From IMG/VR virus record IMGVR_UViG_3300010396_000001, positions 68,320 to 132,319 of that record: 64,000 nt of DNA. The stretch is one strand, 5' to 3'. Positions 35,943 to 46,600 of this stretch are shown here, one piece after another (positions within the stretch are counted from its first letter, which is position 1; every line of letters starts with the position of its first letter). The notes under the pieces are model-generated. The model had not been told where the DNA came from. It made no database searches and saw only the letters and a program-made list of their open reading frames with translations. Source of the DNA: a virus (taxonomy: Duplodnaviria > Heunggongvirae > Uroviricota > Caudoviricetes). A program made the position numbers and the translations under genes.

Positions 35943-36154
35943 GACAACTGCTCCTCACGCTCGGCAACGTCCGCAGGCACGATGGCCGCGATGCGCTTGC
36001 CGTCGCCGTCGGTCAGCCAGGTGTGCTGTCCCTGGTCACTGGCCAGGTCGATGGCATCGGCTAGCTCCTGGCGGCACTCATAGTCGCCTTCCAGCTGCTG
36101 GCCGCCGCCAAGGGCCTCCAGCAGGCGCTCGGCATTCAGCTCGCGGGCGCTCAT
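35939..36154 (-). CDS. small hypothetical protein (71 aa)
   Basis: Internal ATG of ORF 35939..36283 giving a 4-nt overlap with the upstream gene. Confidence 0.4.
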   Translation of the reverse strand: MSARELNAERLLEALGGGQQLEGDYECRQELADAIDLASDQGQHTWLTDGDGKRIAAIVPADVAEREEQLS

Positions 36155-36705
36155 GCCGGCTGCTCCCCTGCTCGCGTGGCTCCGGTGGCGTCGGCATAGG
36201 CGTTGCGGGCCGCCTGCAGGCGCTGAGCCGCGCCCCGGTAGTCCTCCTGCAGCCGCAGGTACAGGTCCCTGGCCTCGTCGCACTCGGCGGCCAGGCTGCC
36301 CAGGTCGCGCTCGCAGCGGTTGCGCTGGGCCTCCAGCAGGATGACCGGATTGGCGCGCACGAACTCGCGCACGGCGTCGAGGATCGCATCGACCAGGAAC
36401 GGCCGGGCGGACGCGCGCAGGCCGATGTTCCCCTCGCGGACATGCCGCAGGCCGTAGGCCCTAGTGACGTCGGCATTGTCTTCGCCCCAGCCGGTGGCGG
36501 CATACAGGTTGAGGGTGCCGGCGTAGCGGATGCTGCGCCAGGTCAGCACGTCCAGCGGGCCCGGATCACGGGCGGTCTGCGAGCGCCCGATGACCACGTG
36601 CGCGTGCTCGCCGCTGGTGAAGATCACGTGGCACGGGCCGAGGCGCGTGATCAGGTCGGTCACCGGCGCGCCCAGCGCGTTCAGCGTCCAGGGGTTCTCG
36701 TCCAT
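36151..36705 (-). CDS. hypothetical protein
   Basis: 184-aa ORF, coupled. Confidence 0.55.
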   Translation of the reverse strand: MDENPWTLNALGAPVTDLITRLGPCHVIFTSGEHAHVVIGRSQTARDPGPLDVLTWRSIRYAGTLNLYAATGWGEDNADVTRAYGLRHVREGNIGLRASARPFLVDAILDAVREFVRANPVILLEAQRNRCERDLGSLAAECDEARDLYLRLQEDYRGAAQRLQAARNAYADATGATRAGEQPA

Positions 36706-36706
36706 G

Positions 36707-37096
36707 TCAGTTCCTGTACTCCGTCCAGGTCACGTGGCAGCGCTGGCACTCGCCATTGCGGAAATCGCGCAGGCGCTTAGGGCCCTCGTCATAGCCACGG
36801 GCCTCGCCGGTGTAACTGACAGAGTGCCCGTCGCCCTGGTGGGCATCGAACTCGGGCAGGCGCTGCAGCAGCTGCACGCCTGTCCAGATGCGGACCGAGC
36901 AGATGCCGGCTCGCACCAGCGCGTCCGCGGCGGCCCGGTGGACTCTGCGCGAGGCCTCGTCGGTGCGGCTGCTCACCTGCAGCGGGCCGTGCTTATCCAG
37001 CAGGGCCAGGATCCTGAGCTGAGCAGGAGTGATCAGGTGAGAGCTGCTCATCAGCTCCTCGCGCCGGTGGCTGGTGGGGTTCTCCGCCGTGCTCAT
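36707..37096 (-). CDS. putative winged-helix DNA-binding protein
   Basis: ITPAQLRILALLDKHGPLQVS helix-turn-helix-like segment. Confidence 0.45.
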   Translation of the reverse strand: MSTAENPTSHRREELMSSSHLITPAQLRILALLDKHGPLQVSSRTDEASRRVHRAAADALVRAGICSVRIWTGVQLLQRLPEFDAHQGDGHSVSYTGEARGYDEGPKRLRDFRNGECQRCHVTWTEYRN

Positions 37097-37108
37097 GGTC
37101 GTCTCTCC

Positions 37109-37405
37109 TTACAGCCGCGCCTGGCGGCCGATCTCCTCCAGGAGCGCGAGGCCGCGCTCCGCGTCATCAGGCTTCGGGCGGCGGGCCTGCAGGGCCACTG
37201 TGATCTTGGCGCGTCCCTGCGGCCCGCAGTCCGGCACCTTGCGGAAGTCGATCTCGCCCTCGCCGTCGTCCAGGCCGTAGCACCAGTAGCTGGTAGTGCC
37301 GTTGCCGAAGCGGTGAGCCAGGATCTTGCACTCAGGCCGCTGACAGCGCTTCGTGCGCGGGCTGCGCTGCTCTGTCTCGTCCTCGGTGACCCAGCTGTGC
37401 CTCAT
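37109..37405 (-). CDS. hypothetical Cys-containing protein (first gene of the minus operon)
   Basis: 98-aa ORF ending at the divergent intergenic region. Confidence 0.5.
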   Translation of the reverse strand: MRHSWVTEDETEQRSPRTKRCQRPECKILAHRFGNGTTSYWCYGLDDGEGEIDFRKVPDCGPQGRAKITVALQARRPKPDDAERGLALLEEIGRQARL

Positions 37406-37458
37406 GACAGTAGCCTATCAATGTTCCTTGTATTGTCAATCCGTACTAGGCTCTCCGC
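37406..37458. promoter_or_regulatory. divergent promoter region between the minus operon and the polyvalent-protein operon. Carries the conserved motif GCCTATCAATGTTCCTTGTA.
   Basis: 53-bp AT-richer spacer. The motif recurs in the 62334-62502 divergent region (GGCTATCAACATACCTTGCA). Confidence 0.35.
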
Positions 37459-37983
37459 ATGGATGATGAGCGGCCAATTCTAGGACTTGATGTAGACGGC
37501 GTCCTTAATGCCCTTAATCAGGGCGCCACGCCGCCCGGGTGGGAGTTCACCACGGTTCGCGGCAACCTGCCGATCTGCTATAACCCCCGCCACGGCGAGC
37601 AGCTGCAGAAGATCGCCTCCGACGGCGGCGCCGAGCTGGTCTGGTGCACCATCTGGGAGGACCTGGCCAACGAGCACATCGCCCCGCTGGTCGGCCTGCC
37701 GCAGCTGCCCTGGGTCACGATGGACGAGTCCATGGCCGCCGTGATCGCCGAGCGGCGCATCAAGTTCAGCCAGGCCATCCCGGTAGGCGCCGTCAAGGCA
37801 CGGGCCATGGCCGTCTATGCCGCGGGGCGCCCGGTGTGCTGGCTGGAGGACGAGCCGGACGCGCCCGCCGAGTTCAGCTCCTACCCGGCCCCGCACCTGG
37901 TGGTGCAGACCGACTCGTTCGAGGGGCTGCAGGATATCCACCTTGCCGCGGCAGCAGCATGGCTGGCGTCGCTGCGCGCCTGA
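37459..37983 (+). CDS. HAD-superfamily phosphatase-like protein
   Basis: ILGLDVDGVL (DxDGx motif I of the HAD fold) at the N-terminus. Confidence 0.6.
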   Translation: MDDERPILGLDVDGVLNALNQGATPPGWEFTTVRGNLPICYNPRHGEQLQKIASDGGAELVWCTIWEDLANEHIAPLVGLPQLPWVTMDESMAAVIAERRIKFSQAIPVGAVKARAMAVYAAGRPVCWLEDEPDAPAEFSSYPAPHLVVQTDSFEGLQDIHLAAAAAWLASLRA

Positions 37984-38014
37984 GGTGCTGCCCGGAAGCC
38001 TTCAGGAGGTACCG

Positions 38015-41000
38015 GTGCCTGATCCCCTGATTGCTGCCTTCAGCGACCCCCCTGACCTGGCCGCTCACTTCGGCGCCCGCGAGCGCTACCCCCGCGGCCA
38101 GTCACGCTGCGACTGCTGCGAGGGCAGCGGCAGCCACGGCCGCGACAAGTGCCGCCGCTGCCGCGGGCTGGGCCACGTGAAGGAGGGCTCGGCTGAGCCC
38201 TGGTGCGAGGAGTCGGAGGCGCCCCGGCCCCGCCGCCGGCACTGGCGGGAGAGCGAGCGCACCGCCTCGGACACCGGCTACCGCCAGTCGCACGAGGCGC
38301 CGGGCGATGACGACTACGGCGACCGGCTGCACGAGGTGGGCACGAAGCCCGGCGGCGGCATCTACCCGCCCGATGCCCTGAAGCGCCCGCATGACTACGG
38401 GGCCTTCCACTCCGAGACCGCCGACAAGGTGCGGCGGGCCAGCGGGAAGCCCGATCACAAGGTCTGGGTCTATCGCTCGATGCCCTCGCCGCACCGGGAG
38501 ATCAACACCGGCGACTGGGTGGCCACGGCCGCCGAGTATGCCCGCCAGCACGGCCGCGAGTCCAGCGCTGCCGACGACTGGCCGGTGATCAAGTTCCAGG
38601 CCCGCGCTGATCAGCTGTCCAGCGTCGGCGACATGGAGGAGTGGGGCTACCACGGTCCCCCGGTGAAGCGGGGCCTGGTGCACTTCAGGGGCGGCAGGAA
38701 CCAGCAGGGCGGCGTGCCCCGCGGCAAGACCGACGCCATGTGCCATGAGCACGAGCCGCAGGAGATGCAGGAGCACTACGGCCGGATCACGAACGAGCGC
38801 GTCAAGCGCCGGGGCGACGAGCGCGAGGCGCAGGGCCTGCCGCGGTACCGCACCCGGTCGCAGGGCGCCCGCCAGCCCTATGTGGTCTACCACGGGGCCC
38901 ACCATGACGACGTGCCCTCGATCCTGCGCGAGGGCCTGCGTCCCGGCATCCGCGGCGCCACGGTCACCGACAGCCGCGAGGGGGCCTCGCTGATCGCTCA
39001 CATGCGCGACTGGACCGACCCGCGGGTGGTCGAGATCCACGTCCCGCATGCCGAGCGCGACGCCTACCTCGGCGCTGGCCAGGACGGGCCCGAGGGCACC
39101 GCGCACGAGCTGCGCCGCCAGCTGCCCGCCAGCTGGGTGGCTCAGGTGCACACCGCCGCTTACGATGCGCCGCCGCGGGAGTATTCCGCCGGGCGCATGC
39201 TGGTGGCCGACATCAGGATCCCCGGCGAGGGACGGCTGTCCGAGCGCCCCTACACCCAGCGCGAGCTGGCCGCCGACATCCGGCGCAACGGCGTGCAGCA
39301 GCCCGTTGCCGTCGAGCACCTGCCCGCGCACGGCGGCCCGACCTCGTTCAACGGCATGCACCGCCTGGACGCCGCCCGCCGCGCCGGGGTCGCCGACGTG
39401 CCGGTGGTCGTCAAGCACCTGCCCGGCCAGCCCCCGCCCATGACCGGGCGCCGGGCGGCCAGCGAGCAGGAGTTTAACGATGCCTTCGACCTGGAGCGCG
39501 AGGGTCGGTGGGCCGGGCAGCACGAGGCGGCTCGCATCCTGCACCTCCCGCTGCACATGGTGAGCGAGATGGGCTCCGAGTACGGCCAGGATGAGCACGG
39601 CCGCCGGATCACCATGGCTGACATCGGGAAGTACTCTCCCGAGCGGATGGCGGATGAGCGCTACGCGCCAGCTGATCTGCGGGCCATGACTGAGAGCGTG
39701 CGCCGGGGCGGCGTCCGGAAGGCGCTGGACGTCGAGACAACCTCCGACGGGGACCGCGGCATCGTGCTGGACGGCACTCACCGGTACTGGGCAGCGGCCC
39801 AGGCCGGGCGCTCGCACGTGCCGGTGCGGTTCCACGGGCCTGACCCGGACCGGGCCCGCGCGCACTACCAGCAGCGCATCGAGAATGAGGAGCAGCGTCC
39901 CGGATCAGCGCGCACCGGGTCAGCTGAAGGACCCTGGTACCACGGCACCACTGATGAGTACGCGCCCGGCGACCAGATCGAGCACCACTACTGGAAGAAG
40001 TACCCGGACCGGCCTGATTTCCGCCAGCACAGCCCGCTGTACGTGACCGGGAACCCGTCCCTGGCCGCCCACATCGCCGACCTGCGGGAGCGCCAGTCCG
40101 GCCGCAGGGTGCCCGGCCGCATGTATGAAGTGAGGCCGTCCGGCTCCCTGTCCCCTGATGAGATCGCCGCCCCGATCGTGCGCAACCGTGATTCCTGGCA
40201 GGCGACCTCGCCGCTGCACGTGATCAGGGAAGTGCCCCGCGGGGAATGGCCGCAGGACCTGAGCGCCTGGCGCGTCACGCAGCAGCATGAGGGCCGCAGG
40301 CTGCCTGACTGGCTGGAGGAGACGTTCGAGCATGCGAGGAGCAGCCTGGCGAGCCTGCCCGCGTGGGCGCGCCCGGTGGTGACCCATCCAGCCCCCCGGC
40401 TATCTAGTCGCTCCGATGATCACCCTCCGCTTAGCCCGCAGCGCCATGACCAGGGACGGGTTTCAGGGTCAGCCGGCAGTGAGCATCGATCCGGGAGTGG
40501 TCATCCTCCGGTTACGGGCGCCCCCCGTATCAAGGTGCCTCTCGAAGGTGGCCACAACTGGGAGGAGAACCTGCGGCTGCTGCGTCATCGCAAGCGCAGT
40601 GAGCCCCTCATGCACCGGGGGATCGCGGTCGAGCTGCCGCCGGAGGTGCACAGCTTCGTTCATGATCAGTTCCAGGACCGGGACCGCCAGGCCCGTGCCA
40701 TCGCCGAGCACCTGCGCGGCCGTCCTCTCGGCATGCACTGGTCGGCCGGCGAGAAGACGCCCCGCCATTTCGCTGACTTCGAGAAGAAGAAGAGCCTGCC
40801 CGGCTCGACCAAGGTCATCCTGCACGCAGCCCTGCCCGAGGTTGATCACATCGAGACGGACCGGGAGAAGCTCGCCGAGGGCGGCGTGCTCGGCTACGGG
40901 GCCATGGGCAGCAGCGAGTACGAGATCCCGGTGAAGGCCGGGGCACCGGTGCGCATCAAGGGCATCACCTGGTATGGCTACGGCAACCGCAAGCGCAGCG

Positions 41001-43456
41001 GGAATCTCTACGATCACGTTCACGAGGCCAGCCTGCGCACTGCTGCGGTGCCTGAGTACGGCCTCCGGCCTGAGTTCCGGATGGCTCCCGAGGACTGGGA
41101 CGATGAGCGCCGCTCGGCCTATCACGAGCAGCAGTTCGGAGCCGAGCGTGCCTGGCGGCGCAGCATGCGCAACGGCCTGTCAATGGGCCACCTCACCAAC
41201 GAGCAGGCCCTGGGCCTGGGCTACCACGGCCGCGGTCATGATCAGTCCTCCTACCACGCCGGCCCGGCCTGGAAGCCGTTGCCGCATGACCTCTACCACG
41301 TCACCACCGACATGGAGGGCGTCCGCCGCCATGGCCTGCTGGCTCCCGATGAGCGTGAGAACTTCCGGCCCACTGGCCTCGGCGGCAGCGAGGACGACTC
41401 GGTCTCGCTGACCTCCAGCCACGAGCGGGCCCGCGGCATCCTGCGGGCGATGCGCGAGTATCACCACGCGCTGCACTCTGACCCGCATGAGCTGTGGGAG
41501 CGGGCGCAGAGGGGCGACCAGGGCTCGGAGCCCTTCCATCGTGACCTGGCCCGCTACCATGACCGCGACTGGGAGCCCGGCCAGGAGCTGCCCCGCGAGC
41601 TGAGCGACCAGCTGAACGGCACCCGGCATGAGCACGGCATGGCCACGCGCGAGGAGAAGCCAGGCTGGACCCCGCTCGACGAGGGCATGAAGACGCCGAG
41701 GGGGCACTACCACTTCGGCTGGGAGCGCCCGGCCACCGACGAGGAGAAGCTGCACCAGCGCTCGGACCTGTTCAAGCACTTCGTGGCCTACCGCGGCTGG
41801 GCGGGCGGCCCGGAGAACCCGACGTTCATGGGCAACGACCCGAAGGCGTTCAGCAAGCTCGATCCCTCGAACTTCGGCATCGTGCACCTGCATCCGCACC
41901 CCGGCGCCCAGGGCTACCACCTGCCCGCCGAGGACGAGTACCGGATCACCACCGGCAAGGCGGTCTACCCGCACCACTGGCAGCACGAGGCAGCCTCCCG
42001 CAAGATCGCGGCCTCCTCAGCTCCGCACCCGGGCCGCCTGCAGGGCGGCTCCTGCAGGGAGTACTGCACCTACGGCGGCACCCACTGCGCGGTCTGCCAC
42101 GAGCCGGTGAAGATCAACCTGCACAAGACCGAGGTCAACGGCGGCTGGCATCACCACGACAGCATCAAGCGCGACCACCCGGCCGTCCCCGCCGACCCGC
42201 AGGGCGTGATCGACTCGATCCCCGGCCAGCTGGCCAGCAGGGACCAGGTTCGCGCCGAGGTGGCTGACACCTTCCACCGCCAGCTGGAGGAGTACGGCGG
42301 CCGGCCGCTCCCCCGCCGCGGTGACGACCAGCTGCCCCCTGACCCGTTCACTCACGAGGGAGCGCGGGTGCCGTCCTCAGGCGCATCTTTTTACCGGGGC
42401 GGCCGGCAGGAATATCAGCCAGGTGACCTGATCTCGCCTCAAGATAGCACTCACGTCTATGCCACCTCTCATGCTGCCAATGCCAAGATGTATGGCCCGC
42501 ATGTTTATGAAGTGGAATTCACTGGTCCGCACGAGCCTGATCCGGAGTATCTCGGTAATGGTGCTTTCCGGCGCTCGGTGCATCCGGTGCGCGTGATCAG
42601 AGACGCGACGGAGCATGCCACGGCTGAGGTAGGCGCAAGGCATTTCGGCGCCTGGGTGCCCAGCTCAGGTGTCTTCGGTCCCACTACCGGCCTCGACCCG
42701 CAGCTCTTCACTGAGGCGCAGCAGCTGCGCCCGCAGGTCCGCGAGGCGATCCTGGAGCGCCTGGCGGTAAGCCTGCATCAGCTGCTTGGCGAGGGGTGGC
42801 AGTCCCTCGTCCGGGTCTACCTCGCGGGGGGGAGCGCCAGCGAGTGGGCTGGCGCCCGCCCAGGTGAGCAGGGGGCTCGTGATCTCGACGTCCTCATCGG
42901 CCCGCAGGACCCGCAGGGTCTCGCCCGGGAGACTGGCCACGACGGCGTGGCCGGGAGCGGTCCGCACGCCGTGGGTGAAGGCGAGCAGGTAGCTCAGGTC
43001 ATCAACCGCGTCCTGCGGGCTCACTTCAATGATGAGCACTGGCTCCCCGGTTTTGGCGGGTCCTGGTCCCTGACTGGCTATTACAATCCGCATGCCGGCG
43101 ACATTACCGCGATCCATCCGTATGCGGCCTGGGACCTGACGAACAGCCGGTGGGCCGTGAAGCCGCCGCATCTGCCGCACCACTCGGTGGCTGACTTCGA
43201 CCCGGCCGTGATCCGTCATGCACGGGCCATGGCCACCGAGGCCCGTGCCATCCTGCAGCTGCCCGAGCCGTTCCGTCACCAGCAGGCGAGGGACCTGTGG
43301 GACCGGCTGCACGCCGCCCGCTCGCGGGCCTTCTCCGACGAGGGCGCGGGCTGGCAGGATCCCGGTAACCTGGCCGAGAAGTGGCTGGCCTACAGCCCCC
43401 GCAATATCCTCGGCAGGATCAAGGAGCTGGCTCATGGCGCCGCCGGACCCGCTTGA
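38015..43456 (+). CDS. giant polyvalent protein (about 1814 aa): DnaJ-type CxxCxGxG zinc finger, two ParB-like domains, several Arr-like ADP-ribosyltransferase-like modules
   Basis: GTG at 38015 with RBS AGGAGG (the ORF start at 37817 is rejected because it overlaps the HAD gene). ParB-like GMHRLDAARRAGVADVPVVV (about 39290-39430) and LDGTHRYWAAAQAGRSHVPV (about 39700-39830). Arr-like HGT...PGD...YEV.P.G...VIR modules at about 39935-40245 and 42375-42610. Confidence 0.75.
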   Translation: MPDPLIAAFSDPPDLAAHFGARERYPRGQSRCDCCEGSGSHGRDKCRRCRGLGHVKEGSAEPWCEESEAPRPRRRHWRESERTASDTGYRQSHEAPGDDDYGDRLHEVGTKPGGGIYPPDALKRPHDYGAFHSETADKVRRASGKPDHKVWVYRSMPSPHREINTGDWVATAAEYARQHGRESSAADDWPVIKFQARADQLSSVGDMEEWGYHGPPVKRGLVHFRGGRNQQGGVPRGKTDAMCHEHEPQEMQEHYGRITNERVKRRGDEREAQGLPRYRTRSQGARQPYVVYHGAHHDDVPSILREGLRPGIRGATVTDSREGASLIAHMRDWTDPRVVEIHVPHAERDAYLGAGQDGPEGTAHELRRQLPASWVAQVHTAAYDAPPREYSAGRMLVADIRIPGEGRLSERPYTQRELAADIRRNGVQQPVAVEHLPAHGGPTSFNGMHRLDAARRAGVADVPVVVKHLPGQPPPMTGRRAASEQEFNDAFDLEREGRWAGQHEAARILHLPLHMVSEMGSEYGQDEHGRRITMADIGKYSPERMADERYAPADLRAMTESVRRGGVRKALDVETTSDGDRGIVLDGTHRYWAAAQAGRSHVPVRFHGPDPDRARAHYQQRIENEEQRPGSARTGSAEGPWYHGTTDEYAPGDQIEHHYWKKYPDRPDFRQHSPLYVTGNPSLAAHIADLRERQSGRRVPGRMYEVRPSGSLSPDEIAAPIVRNRDSWQATSPLHVIREVPRGEWPQDLSAWRVTQQHEGRRLPDWLEETFEHARSSLASLPAWARPVVTHPAPRLSSRSDDHPPLSPQRHDQGRVSGSAGSEHRSGSGHPPVTGAPRIKVPLEGGHNWEENLRLLRHRKRSEPLMHRGIAVELPPEVHSFVHDQFQDRDRQARAIAEHLRGRPLGMHWSAGEKTPRHFADFEKKKSLPGSTKVILHAALPEVDHIETDREKLAEGGVLGYGAMGSSEYEIPVKAGAPVRIKGITWYGYGNRKRSGNLYDHVHEASLRTAAVPEYGLRPEFRMAPEDWDDERRSAYHEQQFGAERAWRRSMRNGLSMGHLTNEQALGLGYHGRGHDQSSYHAGPAWKPLPHDLYHVTTDMEGVRRHGLLAPDERENFRPTGLGGSEDDSVSLTSSHERARGILRAMREYHHALHSDPHELWERAQRGDQGSEPFHRDLARYHDRDWEPGQELPRELSDQLNGTRHEHGMATREEKPGWTPLDEGMKTPRGHYHFGWERPATDEEKLHQRSDLFKHFVAYRGWAGGPENPTFMGNDPKAFSKLDPSNFGIVHLHPHPGAQGYHLPAEDEYRITTGKAVYPHHWQHEAASRKIAASSAPHPGRLQGGSCREYCTYGGTHCAVCHEPVKINLHKTEVNGGWHHHDSIKRDHPAVPADPQGVIDSIPGQLASRDQVRAEVADTFHRQLEEYGGRPLPRRGDDQLPPDPFTHEGARVPSSGASFYRGGRQEYQPGDLISPQDSTHVYATSHAANAKMYGPHVYEVEFTGPHEPDPEYLGNGAFRRSVHPVRVIRDATEHATAEVGARHFGAWVPSSGVFGPTTGLDPQLFTEAQQLRPQVREAILERLAVSLHQLLGEGWQSLVRVYLAGGSASEWAGARPGEQGARDLDVLIGPQDPQGLARETGHDGVAGSGPHAVGEGEQVAQVINRVLRAHFNDEHWLPGFGGSWSLTGYYNPHAGDITAIHPYAAWDLTNSRWAVKPPHLPHHSVADFDPAVIRHARAMATEARAILQLPEPFRHQQARDLWDRLHAARSRAFSDEGAGWQDPGNLAEKWLAYSPRNILGRIKELAHGAAGPA

Positions 43457-43680
43457 TCGAGACTGCCGACCATGCCGATCCCCTTGCTGCAGGCGGCTAC
43501 GTGGCTGCCGTCGGCAGCTTCCTGCTCGCCGCCATCGGCTTCGAGCCGGAGGGAAAGGCCGAGGTGATGATAGAGATCGGCGCCGATCCCGAGCCGGACA
43601 AGGCGCGCATCATCCTGAGCTGGCCGCTGCCTGAGCAGGGGCCCGCCACCACCGGCCAGGGGTGCCCGGAAGCCATGTGA
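43453..43680 (+). CDS. small hydrophobic protein (TTG start), uncertain
   Basis: TTG overlapping the upstream stop. High GC3. Its stop overlaps the GTG of the next giant gene (GTGA). Confidence 0.3.
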   Translation: MIETADHADPLAAGGYVAAVGSFLLAAIGFEPEGKAEVMIEIGADPEPDKARIILSWPLPEQGPATTGQGCPEAM

Positions 43681-46600
43681 CTGACCTGCTCGACCACTTC
43701 GCCGCGCCTGACCTCATGGAGCACTTCGGGGCCTACTACTATCACGGCACTAACCGGGACCTGAAGCCCGGCGACATGATCGAGCCGGGGCATGAGCAGG
43801 TCTGGGAGGGGTCGTCTCCGCATCACGTCTACATGACCCCCGACCACGACCTGGCGCACATGTACGCTGAGACGGCTGCCGCCATGAAGGAGCACGGCAG
43901 CCCTCGCGTCTACACCGTCGAGCCCACCGGCCCGCATGAGGACGACCCGGAGTTCGGCCGCGATGACGACGCCACTGAGGGCCTGGAGTCCTACCGGTCA
44001 GCTCACCCGCTGCGCGTGATCGAGGGCGCCGCCGACGCGGGCTTCCCCAATCCCTACCACGGCACCGCGCAGTTCGGCGGCCGTCCCGAGTGGTCTCGCA
44101 CGTGGTTCCACGGCACGAGGGGCGTCCCGGAGTTCGGCGAGCGCCGCGGGCACGGCGACGACGTCGCCCGGACGCGCCTCCCGTTCGGGGAGCGCATGAA
44201 GGGCAGCGGCTGGCCGCAGCCCAACCAGATGATGGGCGTGCACTTCAGCCCGCTGCATGAGGTGGCCCACAAGTTCGCGGGCTCGGTCTCCTCCACTCCG
44301 TCGGCGATCGTCCACGCCCGGCTGCACATGAGCAACCCGGCGCACTACCCCTCGGAGATGCACCTCAACTACGCAGTCGCGCACTGGGCCAGCCAGCATT
44401 ACCCGCACTGGCATGACCAGAAGGTCAATGATCACCTGGGCTGGAACTACTCCGACCGCGAGGGCACGCACCGCGACTTCTCCTCGGTACCGGACCGGAA
44501 GTACGCTCACGACAAGGCTCAGGACGTCCTCCAGTGGCACCCGCACCTGCCCGAGATCCTGCACGGCTTCCGGCAGCACCTGCGCGAGCAGGGCCACCGC
44601 GGCATCACCTACGGCAACAACGTCGAGGGCCCGTACGAGACCGATGCCACCCGCGGCGGCGAGGCGGGCATGAAGGCCATCCGCAAGCGCGAGGGCATGG
44701 GCGGCAGCCCGGTCTCGATCTCGGCGATCGTGCATCCGGGTGACATCGAGATCACTCATGCCGAGCACATCTCGCCCTGGCGCAAGGAGCCTGAGCCGCA
44801 CGAGCGCACCTGGGAGGCCGTCAGCGACGCCGACGAGCCCGACGAGATGCGCGACCGGGTCCTGGCCTGGCACCGCGAGCACGGCGGCGCCTACCCCCGC
44901 CAGGAGCGCACTGCCGCCCGCATGGCCGCCTCCGGGAGCCAGCTGGAAGGCCGTGACTACGAGGGCACCGAGGGCAACCCGAGCCACATCACGCGCACCG
45001 AGCTGGGCATGATCCGCACCGACGCCATCGCCGGGCTGCACGGGGTCAAGGGCGAGCGGCCCGGCGAGCACCGTAACCGGCAGGGCGCGAAGTGGGACGA
45101 GTTCAAGCAGGACATCGCGAGTAACGGCATCAGGCACCCGGTCTTCATCACCGTTGATCACGGCGAGGAGCCGAAGATCAGCGAGGGCAATCACCGGCGG
45201 GACGCCGCGGTCGAGCTGGGCCACAGCCACGTGCCGGCCGAGATCACCTACTTCGGCCATGCCGAGCGCGCGGGCACCGTGGAGTCCAGGGGCCTGTCCC
45301 GGCACAGCCGCCAGCGCATTGACGAGCACCTGCGCACCCATAACTGGTGCGCCCAGTGCAGCCGCGACGTCCGCAAGGACGAGTGGGCCCGGCACGTGAA
45401 TGATCATCACCGGACGGCTGCCCGCTCCCCGGTCATGTATCACGCCTCGCCTTACCACAACCGGGCCGGTATCGCCCGGCTGCACCCGCACACTGCAGCG
45501 GCTGGCCGCGTCTGGTACCACGGCACGCCTGACGAGCGGACCTGGGAGCACGGCGCCGGATATGGCATTCACATCGGTACCGAGGATGCTGCACGCCAGG
45601 CGCTGCATGCCCGCATTGGCAAGCCGGCTGAGGGCGAGTGGGATGGCACCCGTGAGTACGGCAAGACACTGCTGAACCGGGATCAGCGCCGCTGGGAATG
45701 GAAAGACGGCAAGATGACCGATCATGTCGATCATCATCCGCCGTCTTATCCAGATCCGGAAGGAGGCCCGTCATATTCGGGCGGCGAGCGCATTCCCATG
45801 GATGCGCGCCCGAGTGTCTTCCCGGTGCATATCAAGGGCCCGATGACAAATACCCCTGATAATCCGCACCCGGACTTTCATGCCAATGGTTACATGCACG
45901 GGCAGATTAAGCGCGGGAGAGCAAAGTCGGGGTACTTCTATACAAATGTCAGCGAGGACGAGGGATCTATCTCTGCGGTTGTTCCCTCGGCTGCGCACCT
46001 GGAGCGCATTCACCCGCCGCATGAGGCCGCGCGCAGGACTACGGCGGTATCGCACTGGCAGCACCGCGACTGCGGCGTCTATGCCTATGCCCTGACCCAG
46101 AAGGACCCGGCCCTGCGGATCGGCGAGCTGAGTGAAGAAGAGCACAAGATGCTCCCGGCTGCACACCGCCATATCCGAGAGAACAAGGTCCTGGGAGATC
46201 GCGGCCAGAAGACCGCTAAAAGCGAGAAGCCGACGCGCTCGAAGGCCAGCGTTAATTACCGGCATGCCACGGGAAAGCACCGGTGCGGCAACTGCGTGAT
46301 GTTCCGGCTGCATTCCCCGGACTTCGAGTCAGGCGGCTGCACCCTGGTGAAGGGAGCGATTAAGGCAAGCGATACCTGCGATAAGTGGTATCCGCAGGAT
46401 AAGGCGAGTAAGAGCGGGGGCCTGCTTGCCCACTTCGGCGCGGCCGAGGACGACGAGCCCAACCGGGCCGTTCATGCGCTGGTTGAGCACAGGGTCAGCC
46501 AGCAGCACCCCGAGGTGAATGAGCCCGTCACCGATCACACCGCCACGCTGCGGGCGATGCTCGGCCGGGCCAGCTTCTTCATGCCCCGCGAGGAGATCGA

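Noticed and set aside
37817-38014. Start of giant gene 1 at 37817 (as in the ORF track)
   Set aside because: It would overlap the HAD-like gene by about 170 nt. The GTG at 38015 with AGGAGG 6 nt upstream follows the HAD stop.
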